64,000 nucleotides of DNA from Eledone cirrhosa (lineage: Eukaryota). The notes beneath the pieces are model-generated. The model saw only the letters and a list, made by a program, of their open reading frames with translations, was not told the DNA's origin and ran no database searches. Location of the stretch: assembly GCA_964016885.1 (NCBI GenBank), contig OZ024746.1, forward strand, positions 84,878,001 to 84,942,000, read 5' to 3'. Made by a program: the position numbers and the translations under genes. Positions 15,095 to 29,671 of the stretch are shown here, in pieces. Position 1 is the first letter of the stretch. Every line of letters starts with the position of its first letter.

Positions 15095-15752
15095 CGTTCC
15101 ATACCCTGTATAACAGAAACAGCGATGCTATCAACGACCCTCAGTAGAGAGATTCAGAGGCATAATCTTCTGATGAGAAAATAATCTCTGAAACGCATGA
15201 AGATAATCTCTCGTATTCCGCTATGTACAGAGGGAATAGGGCAAACTGTGTTAACTTTTCATTCTTTTTACAGCGAGGTTTCCAATTAAAAGATCATAGT
15301 TATTTCAAATTATCTGATATACGCAGCGTCTGCATAAGAAGTTATTATTGAATCAATTATGTTGTCAATTATTACGTCATGCCTAGGTTAACTTTGCCTT
15401 TCATCCTTACGGGGTCGATAAAATAAAGTACCAGTAATGCACTGGGATAATTGCTGGCCTTGTGCCAAAAGTAGAAACAATTATTACGTCATGCAAATTA
15501 AACTGACTGTTTTAGTTACATAATATACCCTGCTTGACATAAATAGTGACACTATTATTGTCCCTCTGGATGATTATAAGGGTAGTTATCTTCCGATGAA
15601 GAGACAATAATCTCTGAAACACGGAAATATGAATTTTTATACATATATATACCTTTTTGTTTGCGTGTGCAATATGTACAGAGAGTGTAATTATAAAGTT
15701 GGGAAGTGTGTGTTACATTTCATTCTTTTCACAGCGAGGCTTCTAATTCAAG
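15095..15752 (+). mobile_element. Tandem dimer of about 310-bp hammerhead-bearing units (retrozyme-like), first unit interrupted by a SINE
   Basis: Homologous blocks about 423 bp apart (ataccctg 15101/15525; tatgtacagag; tttcattctttt.acagcgagg). Hammerhead-like cores at 15170-15204 and 15593-15624. Confidence 0.55.
15383..15482 (+). mobile_element. 5'-truncated SINE with 17-bp TSD
   Basis: TSD caattattacgtcatgc at 15366-15382 and 15478-15494. Confidence 0.9.
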
Positions 15753-15893
15753 GTATGTTGTTACGTATGCATTACATTTATTTTATCGCATAAACACCAA
15801 CACCAACGTCACCATCAGCACGACCATCAACACCACCACCATCAACACCAACATTAGCACCACCACCACTACAACAGAGTTCATTATTTTTAA

Positions 15894-15924
<31 letters not shown>

Positions 15925-15929
15925 GCGTA

Positions 15930-15997
15930 CAGGGCGTAGCAAAAAAGCGTATACATATATTTAACAAAACGCTAAAGTGTGTATATATTTTTTTGGA

Positions 15998-16082
<85 letters not shown>

Positions 16083-16117
16083 TATATAATTGTATATGTA
16101 TATATATATATACATAC

Positions 16118-16159
<42 letters not shown>

Positions 16160-16236
16160 TACAGGGCGTACCAAAAAAGCGTATACATATATTTAACAAA
16201 ACGCTGTTGAAGTGTGTATATATTTTTTTGGAACAC
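15930..16236 (+). mobile_element. Two tandem degenerate mariner-like MITE copies in (TA)n
   Basis: TAcagggcgt..caaaaaagcgtatacat...gtgtgtatatattttttggaacac at 15930 and 16162, related to 19450-19547. Confidence 0.55.
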
Positions 16237-16778
16237 ACACACACATATATATATACATATATATATATATACATATATATAAAATTGTATATGTATATAT
16301 ATATATATATACATTCATAATACATAGACACATACAGGCACATATACATAGGTACATAAGTAGACACAAAATCAACAGATACATATACAGGTGTAAATTA
16401 TCTTCTTCAAAGGATGGCTCTTTCGCCCCAATATGTTAGCTGTGTTGGTTTGAGCGAGTGCCATCATTTTTCAGTAATTTGCTGTTTCAAATAACTTCTA
16501 TTGAAATAGATTGCTGTGTTTTATGAAAGTTTATATAATGTTCAATTATTTGATCTATCAAGTAGCTGAAATGTTCCTCTGTACTATATTGAGTTCTATT
16601 AGAAAAATTGACACTTACAGAGAATGTCTACTGATTATTAATTGATTTATCCACTAAATATCCTAGCTGAATTTAATTCCATAGAATAATTACACACAAA
16701 AAAGAAAACACACACACACAAACACAAACACAAATACACATATGCACATACAGACGTGTTTCTATGTGTGTGTGTATG

Positions 16779-16898
<120 letters not shown>

Positions 16899-17086
16899 CA
16901 AATATATGTACACACACATATAAATATATATATATATATATACATACATACAAATCTATATATTCTTATAAATATATAATATATATATACACACACACAT
17001 ACTCACACACATACGTATTATGCCTTTATATTTAAAAAAATAAACAAATACATATATGTTGAGGAATTTTTCTCATTTATTTTTGT

Positions 17087-17160
<74 letters not shown>

Positions 17161-17706
17161 TATATGCACACATGTACATATATATATTTATATACATAGT
17201 ACCTGCATGTGTGGGTTGTGAGCGTAAGTGATTGTAATTATTCTATTGAATTACACTATAACAGGAAATTAATGAATAAATCAATTACTACGTGATCACA
17301 TGTACACACACATACACACACATAATACTAACACACAAATACACACGCGCACACACACATACACACATACACACGTGCGCACACACACATACATACATAT
17401 ATATATATACAAGCGCGCACACACATTACATATATATGAATACATATATATTTTCACATATGTACACATACATACATATACGTACACATAGATAGACACA
17501 CGTATACATACATACATGCATACATACATGCATACATACATACAAGCATACATACATACGTATATACATACATACATACATGCATACATACATATATACA
17601 TACATTCATGCATACATACATATATACATGCATACGCATCTACGATCATATACGAACCCCATCATATACATACATGCATGCATTCATACACACATGCATA
17701 CCTACA

Positions 17707-17754
<48 letters not shown>

Positions 17755-18717
17755 CGTACATGTATATACAGATGGACATACAGACATACATGCACTCTTA
17801 CATGCATACGTACATATAGACATTCATAAATGCATGCGTACATACACACACATATACATAAATGTATAAATATAGACATGCATACATACACAACATACAA
17901 ACATATATACATACATATATACATACATACACACATACATACATACATACATACATACAAACATACACATACATACATACATACAAACATACATACATAC
18001 AAACATACATACATACATACAAACATACATACATACATACATACATACATACATACATACATACATACATACATACATACATACACACATACATACACAC
18101 ATACATACATACAAACATACATACATACATACATACATACATACATACATACAAACATACACACATACATACACACATACATACATACAAACATACATAC
18201 ATACATACATACATACATACATACACACATACATACACACATACATACATACAAACATACATACATACATACATACATACATACACACATACATACATAC
18301 ATACATACATACATACATACATACATACATACAAACATACATACATACAAACAGACATACATACATACATACAGACATACACACATACATACATACAAAC
18401 ATACATACATACATACAAACATACATGCACACATACATACATACATACATACATACATACATACATACATACATAAGCGTGTTTGATAGCTTAATGTTGC
18501 GATATGTAGTATTTATGTACGAAGCAAACCATTTGGGAAAACAATATCATCTAATGTTCTCATTGCAGACTAACAGAACGGCGATAAATACCTTCCCAAC
18601 AACCAACACACACAAGTACTGCAAGACCGAAACAGACACGAAGAGGCAGACATTAACCGTAACAGAACATTATTTAATTCACCAGAAATAAATAAATACA
18701 AGCGCTGGCATTGCTCT

Positions 18718-18832
18718 GTTGTTAAGGAGTTCGCCTTGCAATTGGTTCCATGGTTCATTCCCAATGCGCGGCAACTTTGGTAAGCGCCTCCTACTATAGT
18801 GAAATTTAGTAGACGGAAGCTGCATAAGCCCC
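18718..18832 (+). mobile_element. Degenerate second tRNA-derived SINE family, 5' part
   Basis: gttaaggagttcgc...ggttcattccca.tgcgcggcaactttggtaagcgcctcctactatag...gacggaagctg..taagccc; a related piece lies at 56090-56140. Confidence 0.5.
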
Positions 18833-18839
18833 ACATCTC

Positions 18840-18921
<82 letters not shown>

Positions 18922-19156
18922 TCTCTCTCTCTCTCTCTCTTTATATATATATATATATATAAACGGAAAAAATGAAACGAAATTTCATTTCCCACTCTTA
19001 GTACGGCTGTTACTTAAATATAAGTATGTAGACGTACATACATCGGTGAATCCATACGTGCATATATATATATATATATATATGTGTGCATGTATGTATA
19101 TATATATTTACATACTACTGTACGTCTGTATACATATAAGTATGTACGTGTACATA

Positions 19157-19200
<44 letters not shown>

Positions 19201-19201
<1 letters not shown>

Positions 19202-19379
19202 GTTATTCCGGGTTGAATCGGAGGTAACCACAGTAAGTAAGGTACTCAATACATTGCAGAGTATAAAAGTTTTAATATAGATGAGATTCTACAGGACTAG
19301 AACTGTTTCATTCTTTAGAAATCATCAGATTCCTGATGATTTCTAAAGAATGAAACAGTTCTAGTCCTGTAGAATCTCA

Positions 19380-19384
<5 letters not shown>
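19201..19384 (-). mobile_element. Fold-back PLE pLTR-like element, family A, in (TA)n
   Basis: Arms of about 54 bp (19275-19328/19333-19386) plus a unique 3' tail; near-identical to 52180-52370. Confidence 0.75.
19327..19377 (+). ncRNA. Type I hammerhead ribozyme, intact core
   Basis: agattc-CTGATGA-tTTC taaa GAAt-GAAA-CAG ttctagtc CTG-TA^-gaatct. Stem I is 6 bp and stem III 4 bp; predicted cleavage after 19371 (GUA). Confidence 0.75.
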
Positions 19385-19449
<65 letters not shown>

Positions 19450-19452
<3 letters not shown>

Positions 19453-19547
19453 GGTCTCCTAAAGAATGTACACGCACTTCAACAGCATTCTAATAAATAT
19501 TGCTTGTACGTGTAATCAATATGTGTATGCATTTTTGGGACACCCTG
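19450..19547 (+). mobile_element. Tc1/mariner-like MITE (98 bp)
   Basis: TA|CAGGGTCTCCTAAAGAATGTACAC ... GTGTATGCATTTTTGGGACACCCTG|TA: imperfect TIRs with TA TSD. Partial copies at 51883-51954 and 54938-55014. Confidence 0.75.
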
Positions 19548-19591
19548 TATATATATATATATATATACACATAAACACACACACACACAGA

Positions 19592-19636
<45 letters not shown>

Positions 19637-20149
19637 TTGCCCACACAAACATATGTGTGTGTATGTGCATATATATGTGTATTTATTACCAGAATTTACA
19701 GTGTGTGATGGGATCAACAAAATCGCATAAATATTGCAAGTGGTTGCTCCAGCTTTGTCGCACTTGAATGATTAAATCTAATAATAATAATTCCAAAATT
19801 TAAATTCATTTTTGCTATTGCTATTACATTTCTGTTTTGCTTTTGTTGTTGTTTAGCCTCTACTCTCAGCTCTGATCTAACACACGTGTCTTATTTCATT
19901 CTAGGTGGTCACGATATTCCAGGCTTGATCACTACGCCTCGTTACAAGTTTCTAGGACTGAGGCAAGCAAGGTTAGCTTATCTTTATGGAAGACCGTAGA
20001 GCATAATTTGAAGGAGAATTTGGCTGCTACATTAAGATCAAATGACTATATGGAGGTGTACCACCATTGCTTTTGCGATTTTTGCTGTTGGTGGGGATTT
20101 TTGGTTGTTGCAGACTATGAAACCTATACAATCAGACGTTCATTGCCAT

Positions 20150-20680
20150 GTAAGTATATTCACATACACGATGGAGTCGTCAACTCTGTCCGCAGGGAAA
20201 CATGCCCATACTTCGACGTGAAGATGGATATAAGGTAGCAGAAACCCGTACTAAAGCCAACACATGACAACAACCTGATCACAGACTTCTACACAGACAA
20301 GAAGATCTTGTTAAATCTTTAGATATATCTATCAATCAATGGAAACAAATATTGCTCTTGGACAGAGATGTCGCTCCCTTCTGACAAAAACATCAATCGA
20401 AAAAAGGTGGTGAAATTGCCAAAATACAATACATTCAAAGAAGGTGGTGAAATTGCCAAATACAATACATTTAAAGTAAAAAAAAAATAAGAGGATGTCG
20501 ATCTCGAAAGCGCAAACAGGAGCAAAATGGAGTGCTAGATATGGTGATATAACACGTGGAGTGCTAGGTATGATGATACAAATATGCACAAGACGATACA
20601 ATCCATACTAAGACTCGTAACCTCACACAAAGTTTGAAAAAGTCCTATTTGGTACAGCCCATATCATATACAAGACACCA
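20150..20680 (+). pseudogene. Degenerate 3' end (RLE domain) of R4/Dong-like non-LTR retrotransposon
   Basis: Manual translation with stops: YIHIHDGVVNSVRRETC..., EMSLPSDKNINRKKVVKLPKY, RGVLGMMI, KVLFGTAHIIYKT. These match RLE C-terminal motifs (RHD; D.S.P.D.N...K..EK..KY; GALG; LLGTAHILRK). Confidence 0.65.
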
Positions 20681-21569
20681 AAGCACTTTCAATCAAGTAA
20701 CACAATACAAATAGTATACTCAGTTCATACAGCAAATACCCTTTACTATAACCACCCAATGAAATAAAACATCTGACACAACACATATGCTAGGAAATCC
20801 CAACCAAACAATATTCTTTACACAATAGATAAAGTACTGATATAACATCAAAAAGGAATATCCCAAAATGAACACGATTCTATATCCTCCAAAGATTATG
20901 TTGGAAGCAGGTGAAATATGAATAAAGGTGTTGATAACATGAGGCTGTTGACAATGATAATAATGATAATGACGTTGATGATGATAATGACGAGGATGCT
21001 GATGATAAGGATGATGGTGATAATGACGATGATGATGATTATGATGATGATGATGATGATGCTGATGATGATGATGACTATGATGATGATTATGATGATA
21101 ATGACGATGATGACGATGGATTTAATAATGATAATTATTATTATTATCACCAATACTACTACTACCACCAGGGACATCATCACAATCACTATTACCCCCA
21201 ATTTAAAAAAAAACAATAAGAACGAATTAAACGTTAATTTTAATTTATTTATTTTTTTTTTATAATTACAGTTGTTAAAAACTGCGCAATACTTTTTTAG
21301 AATTTGATATAAAAAATATAAACAAAAATAAAAAAATTATATTTTTTTAATGTAAAAAAGGAGTTGGGTATGTAACGAGGGGGGGGGGGGGTATAGATTG
21401 AAAGAAAGAAACAAATAAAGAAATGAATAAATTAATACTTGCAAATCTAAAACAGTAACGAAAACAACAACAAAAATGATATGTTGCAAAAATGAAGGGC
21501 GAAAAAAGAAAACAACAAAAATATATAATCAACAACAAACACTATCATCCCCTCCCCCACTACTACAGC

Positions 21570-21615
<46 letters not shown>

Positions 21616-21894
21616 CTTCATTAAATGTGCAATTATAGAAACAAAGAAGAGTTGAATGAGAAAGTTGTAAATAATAAAAATAATAGTAAAAATAATAATA
21701 ATAATTATAATAATAATAATAATAATAATGATAATAATAATAATTAATAATTGAATCATATTAATATTAACAAAACGAAACAAAACAAAACGAAAAACAT
21801 TAATCAGATATTTTGGCGAGTAATTACCAATTATCATATCGACGTAAGTATTTGATTAAAAAAATATAATAAAAAATATATAAAGATTTCTAAC

Positions 21895-21926
<32 letters not shown>

Positions 21927-22354
21927 AACAACAGCACCAATAAAAATTAAAAAAAAACAACAACAATAATGAATAAAAACAAAAAAAAATCAACAACACA
22001 ATTTAATAAAAAAAAAATTAAATGAAAAAAAAGAAAATTCATGAGATGTAATAAATTTTCCTCTCTTGGCTGCATCGTTTGATATAGATAAATTATAATC
22101 TATTTGTGTAGTTTCATGTAAACAGACAGACGCACACACACACACACACACACACATACACATTCCACACACACATTCACACACACACACACGCAATTTC
22201 GATATTCATACTATACATACATGTATATATTTATATATATATTGTGTTTGCGTGTATATATATATACATAGAAATACATGCATATATATATATGTGTGTG
22301 TCTGTGAGAGAGAGAGAGCGTGTGAGTGTGTGTGTGTGTGCAAGATATACTCTC

Positions 22355-22389
<35 letters not shown>

Positions 22390-22396
22390 CTACATA

Positions 22397-22427
<31 letters not shown>

Positions 22428-22513
22428 ACATATTCTCACATATATATGTATGTATATATGTATAAATATATAACTCAATATATATATATATATGTATATA
22501 CATATGTATGTAC

Positions 22514-22576
<63 letters not shown>

Positions 22577-23239
22577 TGTATGTATGTATGTATGTATATA
22601 TATTATATATATACATGTATATAGGTCTGAATATCTGTTGGTATGTTTACCGGTATTAATCAAATGAATTTTTGTTTAATAGTTTTAATGAGTTCTATCA
22701 ACGAATAAAGAATGAGTCAATAACCATTTAATTGTCTAATGCAACGGCTCTTCTAATGCCAACATCAGTTGCTAAAGAATCTATTACCTATATATAACGT
22801 TTATGCTGTTGTTATTGTTGTTGTTGTTGTTGATGGTGGTGGTGGTGATACTGGTGGTTTTATTTCTAGAAGTGTTGCTATCTAAGTCTTCATGAATTTC
22901 TTTTTTTGCTTTTTTGTTTTTGCGTATTTCTTTCTATTATTTTTTTTTATTTTGCTGTCTTCTTTTGTTGTTGTTTTTTGTTTTGTTTTCTTTTTCTTAT
23001 TAAATTTATATTCTTGGAACGTAAAATAAATGAGGAATTTCACTTTCTATAAGAATCAAGTCAATTCGGAAATCAGATTGAAATCGTATGCCAAGAGATA
23101 TAAAACAACAACAGCAACAACATCAACAGTTCAATAGACAATAAACAAAACAAAACTCAATAAATTGATTCAAAGATGAAGGGGAGTATGTAAACTATAT
23201 TATATTTGAGGTGGAAGGTTTGTGAGAGGTGGGAAATGT

Positions 23240-23560
<321 letters not shown>

Positions 23561-23866
23561 GTATATGTATATATATATATACATATATATATACATATAC
23601 ATGTATTCTTCTTGTGTTTGAATAAATAAATATATATATATAAATATATATATATTTATTTATTCAAGCACATGAAGGAAATGAAGGGGTTTAAATATAT
23701 ATATATGTATATTTATATTCATATATTGTATCATATTTATATTTTCAATTATGGTTTATTATGAATGCGATACATAATCAAATACTTCGATCTTGGCTGC
23801 AAAAGTTTTCAAAGGATTCGCTATGCACAGGCACACTCATATACAGATGCATGCACACAGATACGT

Positions 23867-23903
<37 letters not shown>

Positions 23904-23911
23904 CGTATGAG

Positions 23912-24026
23912 TGTTTCTGAAGAGGGAAATTCGAGATTAAAAATACGTAGTGACGTACCCACTACCATGCTACTTGATACATCGGTCTTCCATGGTTAAT
24001 CTACCTTCTGAAACGATCGTACAACA
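23912..24026 (+). ncRNA. Hammerhead-like motif with long stem II
   Basis: tgttt-CTGAAGA(23917-23923)...agattaa/ttaatct...GAAA(24010-24013)-cgatcg-TA-caaca. Palindromic stem III ACGATCGT; one mismatch in stem I. Confidence 0.5.
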
Positions 24027-24093
24027 ATGAACTAATTTACTTCCTGTCTCTAACTTTTGTCTTGTTTTCATTGTTCTGCACACACACACACGC

Positions 24094-24216
<123 letters not shown>

Positions 24217-24383
24217 ATATATATATATTTATATATAGTTTAGGGATTGCAACGTTAAGTTACTGTTGGTTCACCAAAATAAACACTCGAGTCGTAGTTT
24301 CCAGTATGTACTTTGGGGGTTGTACTCAGCAGAGTTTAATAATAAGAAGAAGAACGGACGAGGTGTCAAATTTTCGTTATTCT

Positions 24384-24453
24384 GGTCTGACACGCGTTTC
24401 GCGATTGATCAGCTCATGGTTCGATCTCTATCAGAGATAAAGCCTCATCAGAC
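24384..24453 (-). ncRNA. Hammerhead-like motif in a TA-flanked element (24240-24490)
   Basis: Minus strand CTGATGA(24451-24445)...GAAA-cgcgtg-TC-agacc. Stem I is imperfect; TGAGTAC motif downstream at 24322-24328. Confidence 0.45.
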
Positions 24454-24977
24454 TTCTGTTTGTTTAATGACGCGAAACATCCCGTTATAAACTATATATG
24501 TCCCCTTACATGTGTTTCGAATAGAACATGACCTTTATATATGATATAAACCTATATAAATATATTATATAAACTCATTGAGCTATTCCATTTTCTTAAA
24601 AACTGGCAATTACATACTATCATGTTAATCCTCTACTTTCGTTTGAGAAATGTCAGTATAATCCTACCTTTGATATCTCGTATATCTATAGCAAATGCAA
24701 TCGTTTTTTACGAAAACTGCTCTATTGATATACGATCGCTAAACATAGTAGTTGAGAAGATCGGGTACTGTACCGCTAGGCGTCACTGTCAGCCTTTTCT
24801 CCTCGACACAGGTACTTTACCTGATTTTCTCACTTATTATGTATAGTGATCGACTATTATTATAGTCACATACGTTGGGAAGACTGCATTTCAGATTTCC
24901 CCAATGGCTCTTCTTTCAAACGGTTCTTCTTTAATGCAAGCATGGAAAAACAGATTTTAAAAAAAAGATTATGGTGA

Positions 24978-25063
<86 letters not shown>

Positions 25064-26283
25064 TCAAAGAAAAGAGAATGAATGATATTATGCGTCCATT
25101 AGTTTGGCATGACTATTGAAAGAAATTATAAACAAACTATTATTGGTGTAATGTCATTTACATGGAGCAAGTCACTACGACAGTATTGACAAAAGCACCA
25201 ACAGTGCGTCGGTTTCAATAAATGTATATTGAAGTTCTATGACCTGCTCGTAGTATATTTTCATAGCGTGACTAAATATATATATTTCCCAAACATATTA
25301 AATATGATTTCATATACGCATTTATTCAAATCAACCCTATATTGTTGCTTTTGCTAAAGAATAAATAAGCGATAATAATCTTTGAAAATTATCCCCTTTT
25401 CTTTTCTTTTTTTGTTACTTTCTTTCATATTTTTTAATTCATTAACTCTCGCTTTTTCCTTCTCTCTCAGTCAATCTCTTTCACTCTCACTCACTCAATC
25501 ACCCCCCCCCCCCACTCTCCACTCTCGTTTTCGCTCTTTTGTTAGGCACTTTCTTTCACTAAACTAGGTTGTATCGCAATTTAGATAAAAGTGGTTTATT
25601 AGGAAATATCTTTTTTCAGGTATTTTATATTTTCTTTTTGTCATTACCAAATTAAGGTTGTTGCTGTTATTTTTTTAATAATTTAGTTAATCCTTTTTTT
25701 ATGTTTTACATTTTTCTTTGACTTTATTTGTATTGTGTGTGTATACGTTTGCTCCTTCTGTGCGTATGTATATCTGTGAGTGTTTGTATATGTGAGTGTG
25801 TATACGCTTGTTCCTGTGTGTATGTATATATGTGAGTATTTCTATATGTGTGTGGCTTCTAGGGAAATAATTAATGGTCTTTTGACTGTTAGAAGAAACT
25901 ATTTTCTATTAAGTCCAAAAAGAGATTTTTTTTTGCCTCTTTTAGAATATTTTACAATATATTCTTTATTGTTTTGTTTTTCTGTCTGTCTCTTTTTGTT
26001 TTTATATTTTTATTGATTAGTCTTTTAGTTGTTGTTTTCATTTTTCTGTATATATTTATTATAGGCTTTGTGTATGGTTCTAGTATGTTGATGTATATTT
26101 CTAGGAATGTCACTGTGCGTGTACATAAGTGACATTGTAATATGGCTTTCATGGAGAAATACATCTTCTGTATGTGCAATTTGCTACTCTATGCCTCGGC
26201 ATGTGTGTGTATGTGTGTGTGTGTATCTGTGTGAGAATATGGATAATTGGTGTCGTATCGGTTTTTTACTTTGCCACCATAGT

Positions 26284-26400
<117 letters not shown>

Positions 26401-26546
26401 ATGTATGTATATATATATATAATATACTAAACGAAGTTTACATGTAAACGTTTAATGCACTTGCATTTAGCCTCATTGTAAGTGAGACACTGAGTAAACC
26501 AAAGAATAGCTTAACCAGTTTCGCCTGTTTATTGCAAGCTCAACAG

Positions 26547-26741
26547 CAGACCTGTCAACTCTCCCCGTCCGACGGGGAGATCTCCCACCCAGTTTGAGGT
26601 GGGTGAGAGTTGTCTTCTGTTGTGAAAATGGGTATAGCTTTCATAATGTAAAATCTCCCCATATTGCCTCTTTTCTCCCCGTTTTGGAGCACTTTTTTTC
26701 ATGGTACTCCCCGTTTGGATTTTTAGAGATTGGCAGATTTG
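26547..26741. mobile_element. hAT-like MITE with apparent 6-bp TSD
   Basis: TIRs CAGACCTGTCAACTCTC / GAGATTGGCAGATTTG; caacag directly flanks both ends; internal repeats of (t)ctcccc. Confidence 0.55.
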
Positions 26742-27171
26742 CAACAGTGGTGTCTATTTTTTTTTTTTTTTTTTTTCTATACAGAAAAAAACAACTTCAG
26801 GGTAAAGCTACTAATAAGGCAATTATTTTACTGATTTGCATATCAGCGCGAAATTGATTACACAAATTACTTGCACAGTGTATATGGGGATAATCTGCAA
26901 ATATATTTTTAATGCGTACGTTTAATAAACACACATACTTGTTTATAGATGCACGCATGTGAGTGAGTATTACGGTTTCAAATCTCAGACTCATACGTCA
27001 GTCAATTTTGCATTATCTAAATCATGTTAGAAATAGTACCTTCTTTATCGGATAGATTATATATGAGACTTCGTTCGCAGTTTTTATCTTAACTAACACG
27101 AAATTTAGCATATTTCCGCTGCTCGTTTCAGAAAGGAGAAGAGTCAAAATCCTTTTCCTTGTTATTCTTAT

Positions 27172-27387
27172 TTAACTCTTTAGCATTTACATTACTCTAT
27201 ATTTACTATTGTATTTTCATGGTAAAGGCTTTATCTCACATATTATCAAATCTATGAGATTTTGATATTATTTATTTTGAGAACAATACCTTAACATTAG
27301 TATGAGTGGCCAATTACAGCAAGTTTGAACAGAAAGAGGTGAACAAATTCTGGCCGGATACGGTCGGTTTAAATGCTAGACGGTTAA
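27172..27387. mobile_element. piggyBac-like MITE
   Basis: TTAA-ctctttagcattta ... taaatgctagacgg-TTAA imperfect TIRs. Confidence 0.6.
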
Positions 27388-27717
27388 TTCTTCCTCAAAT
27401 CTGATCAAGCAGATGTATGTGACGGAAGAGCTCCGTGGTTCAGTTTTCTCAATGTTCACTGTATGGAATGACATGTCATTTTTTTTATAACATTCATATT
27501 ATCTTTTTTTTCTCTCTGGCTTCTGCTACTTTACAATATACCTACGTATACGTATACAGGAATTTAGCATATATAAATTCTCTAGTTATTTCTGACGATC
27601 GACATATTTGTTAAGTAAATATCTCATGGAATCAACTCAAACTCGATTTAATTATAAATTGTATTCACACCCTGCTGTATCTGTATGTAGGAGTATATAT
27701 ATATATATATATGTATA

Positions 27718-27874
<157 letters not shown>

Positions 27875-27911
27875 GTATATATATATGTATATATATATGT
27901 ATATATATATG

Positions 27912-27972
<61 letters not shown>

Positions 27973-28053
27973 GCGGGAGTATATATATACATATATATAT
28001 ATATAACATTTGTAAATGATTGGAATTTTACCTTGCATTCGGTTTTCATTTTG

Positions 28054-28107
<54 letters not shown>

Positions 28108-28538
28108 TATATATATATATAGAGAGAGAGAGTGTGTATATATATATATATAGAGAGAGAGAGAGGGGACAGAGAGAGTTGAGATAGATATTTAAGTGTC
28201 TGTGTGCTAGTTTGACTTATTTTTGCATTACTATTGGTTTCGTTGACGTAAACAAATGCGTGTGTGTGCGTGCGTGCGTGTGTATGTGTAGGTGTGTGTG
28301 TGTTTACATGTGTGTATCAACCTACATTTATAGAAAGGAAAAGAAAATGGCTTTAACAATTCCGCCTTTTAAACTGTCATAGCCATATGATATGTATTGT
28401 GCATATTATATTTAATATGCAATGTTTATGTAATATCATTTTCATAAATCACAATGAAAAACACGTTTCAGATATCAACGTATGTCATTTCAGGTTCTTG
28501 GCCGATAAATAGGTTTCGTCAGATCATTTATACATACA

Positions 28539-28573
<35 letters not shown>

Positions 28574-28693
28574 GTGGGGGGGGGGGGTTCCGGCCGGGTT
28601 CAATCGGGGGTAACCCCAGTTATATATATATATATATAAGTATATATATATATATATATAAGTATATATATATATATATAAATATATATATAA

Positions 28694-28726
<33 letters not shown>

Positions 28727-28743
28727 AATATATATATATATTT

Positions 28744-28873
<130 letters not shown>

Positions 28874-28882
28874 TATATATTT

Positions 28883-29259
28883 AAAGGTTAAACAAGGTTC
28901 GATGAATAAATCAAAGAATGAGTTTTACAATAGATTGGAAGCACTCAACAGTTATGGTTTTCCGGAGTTATTAATATTAATTCAAAATATTAACAAAAAT
29001 AGAACTTCTTGCGATCAAGTATATTTTATCATAGATATTTCAGAGGTACTGAGCTACCTTCAACAGTATGTCCTCATCAGATAAAATAAGATGATGCATG
29101 ACTACCCTGACATAGTAGATGTCAGGGTATGTCATGCATTATCTTATTTTATCTGATGAGAACGTACTGTTGAAGTTAGCTCAGTACCTCTGAAATATCT
29201 ATAATAAAATATACTTGATCGCAAGAAGTTCTATTTTTGTTAATATTTTGAATTAATAT
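28883..29259. mobile_element. Fold-back element, family C, with about 140-bp arms and a hammerhead on each arm
   Basis: Arms 28974-29113/29119-29259 with loop agtag; flanked by (TA)n. Confidence 0.75.
29145..29211 (+). ncRNA. Type I hammerhead ribozyme motif
   Basis: tattttat-CTGATGA(29153-29159)-..gtactg..cagtac..-GAAA(29192-29195)-ta tc ta-TA^-ataaaata; 8-bp stem I. Confidence 0.65.
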
Positions 29260-29273
29260 ATATATATATTTAC

Positions 29274-29353
<80 letters not shown>

Positions 29354-29408
29354 GATCGATCGACTTTCGTCGAATCGGACCGAGGAAACAATGTTTTCGT
29401 ATATATAG

Positions 29409-29473
<65 letters not shown>

Positions 29474-29635
29474 AAAAGTAAACGGAAACAACAAAGCAAA
29501 CAACACACTAAAATAAATAAATAAATAAATAAATAAATATATATATATATAAAACTTTATATATATATATAACTTTAAACTAAAATATGTATTTATGTTA
29601 GTGTGTTGTTTGCTTTGTTGTTTCCGTTTACTTTT

Positions 29636-29671
<36 letters not shown>

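Noticed and set aside
17646-18486. 200-270-aa MYVC/HTYI ORFs
   Set aside because: (TACA)n microsatellite lacks stop codons in all frames.
21230-23200. Possible 3' UTR of a minus-strand host gene
   Set aside because: Compositional impression only; no adjacent coding exon could be identified.
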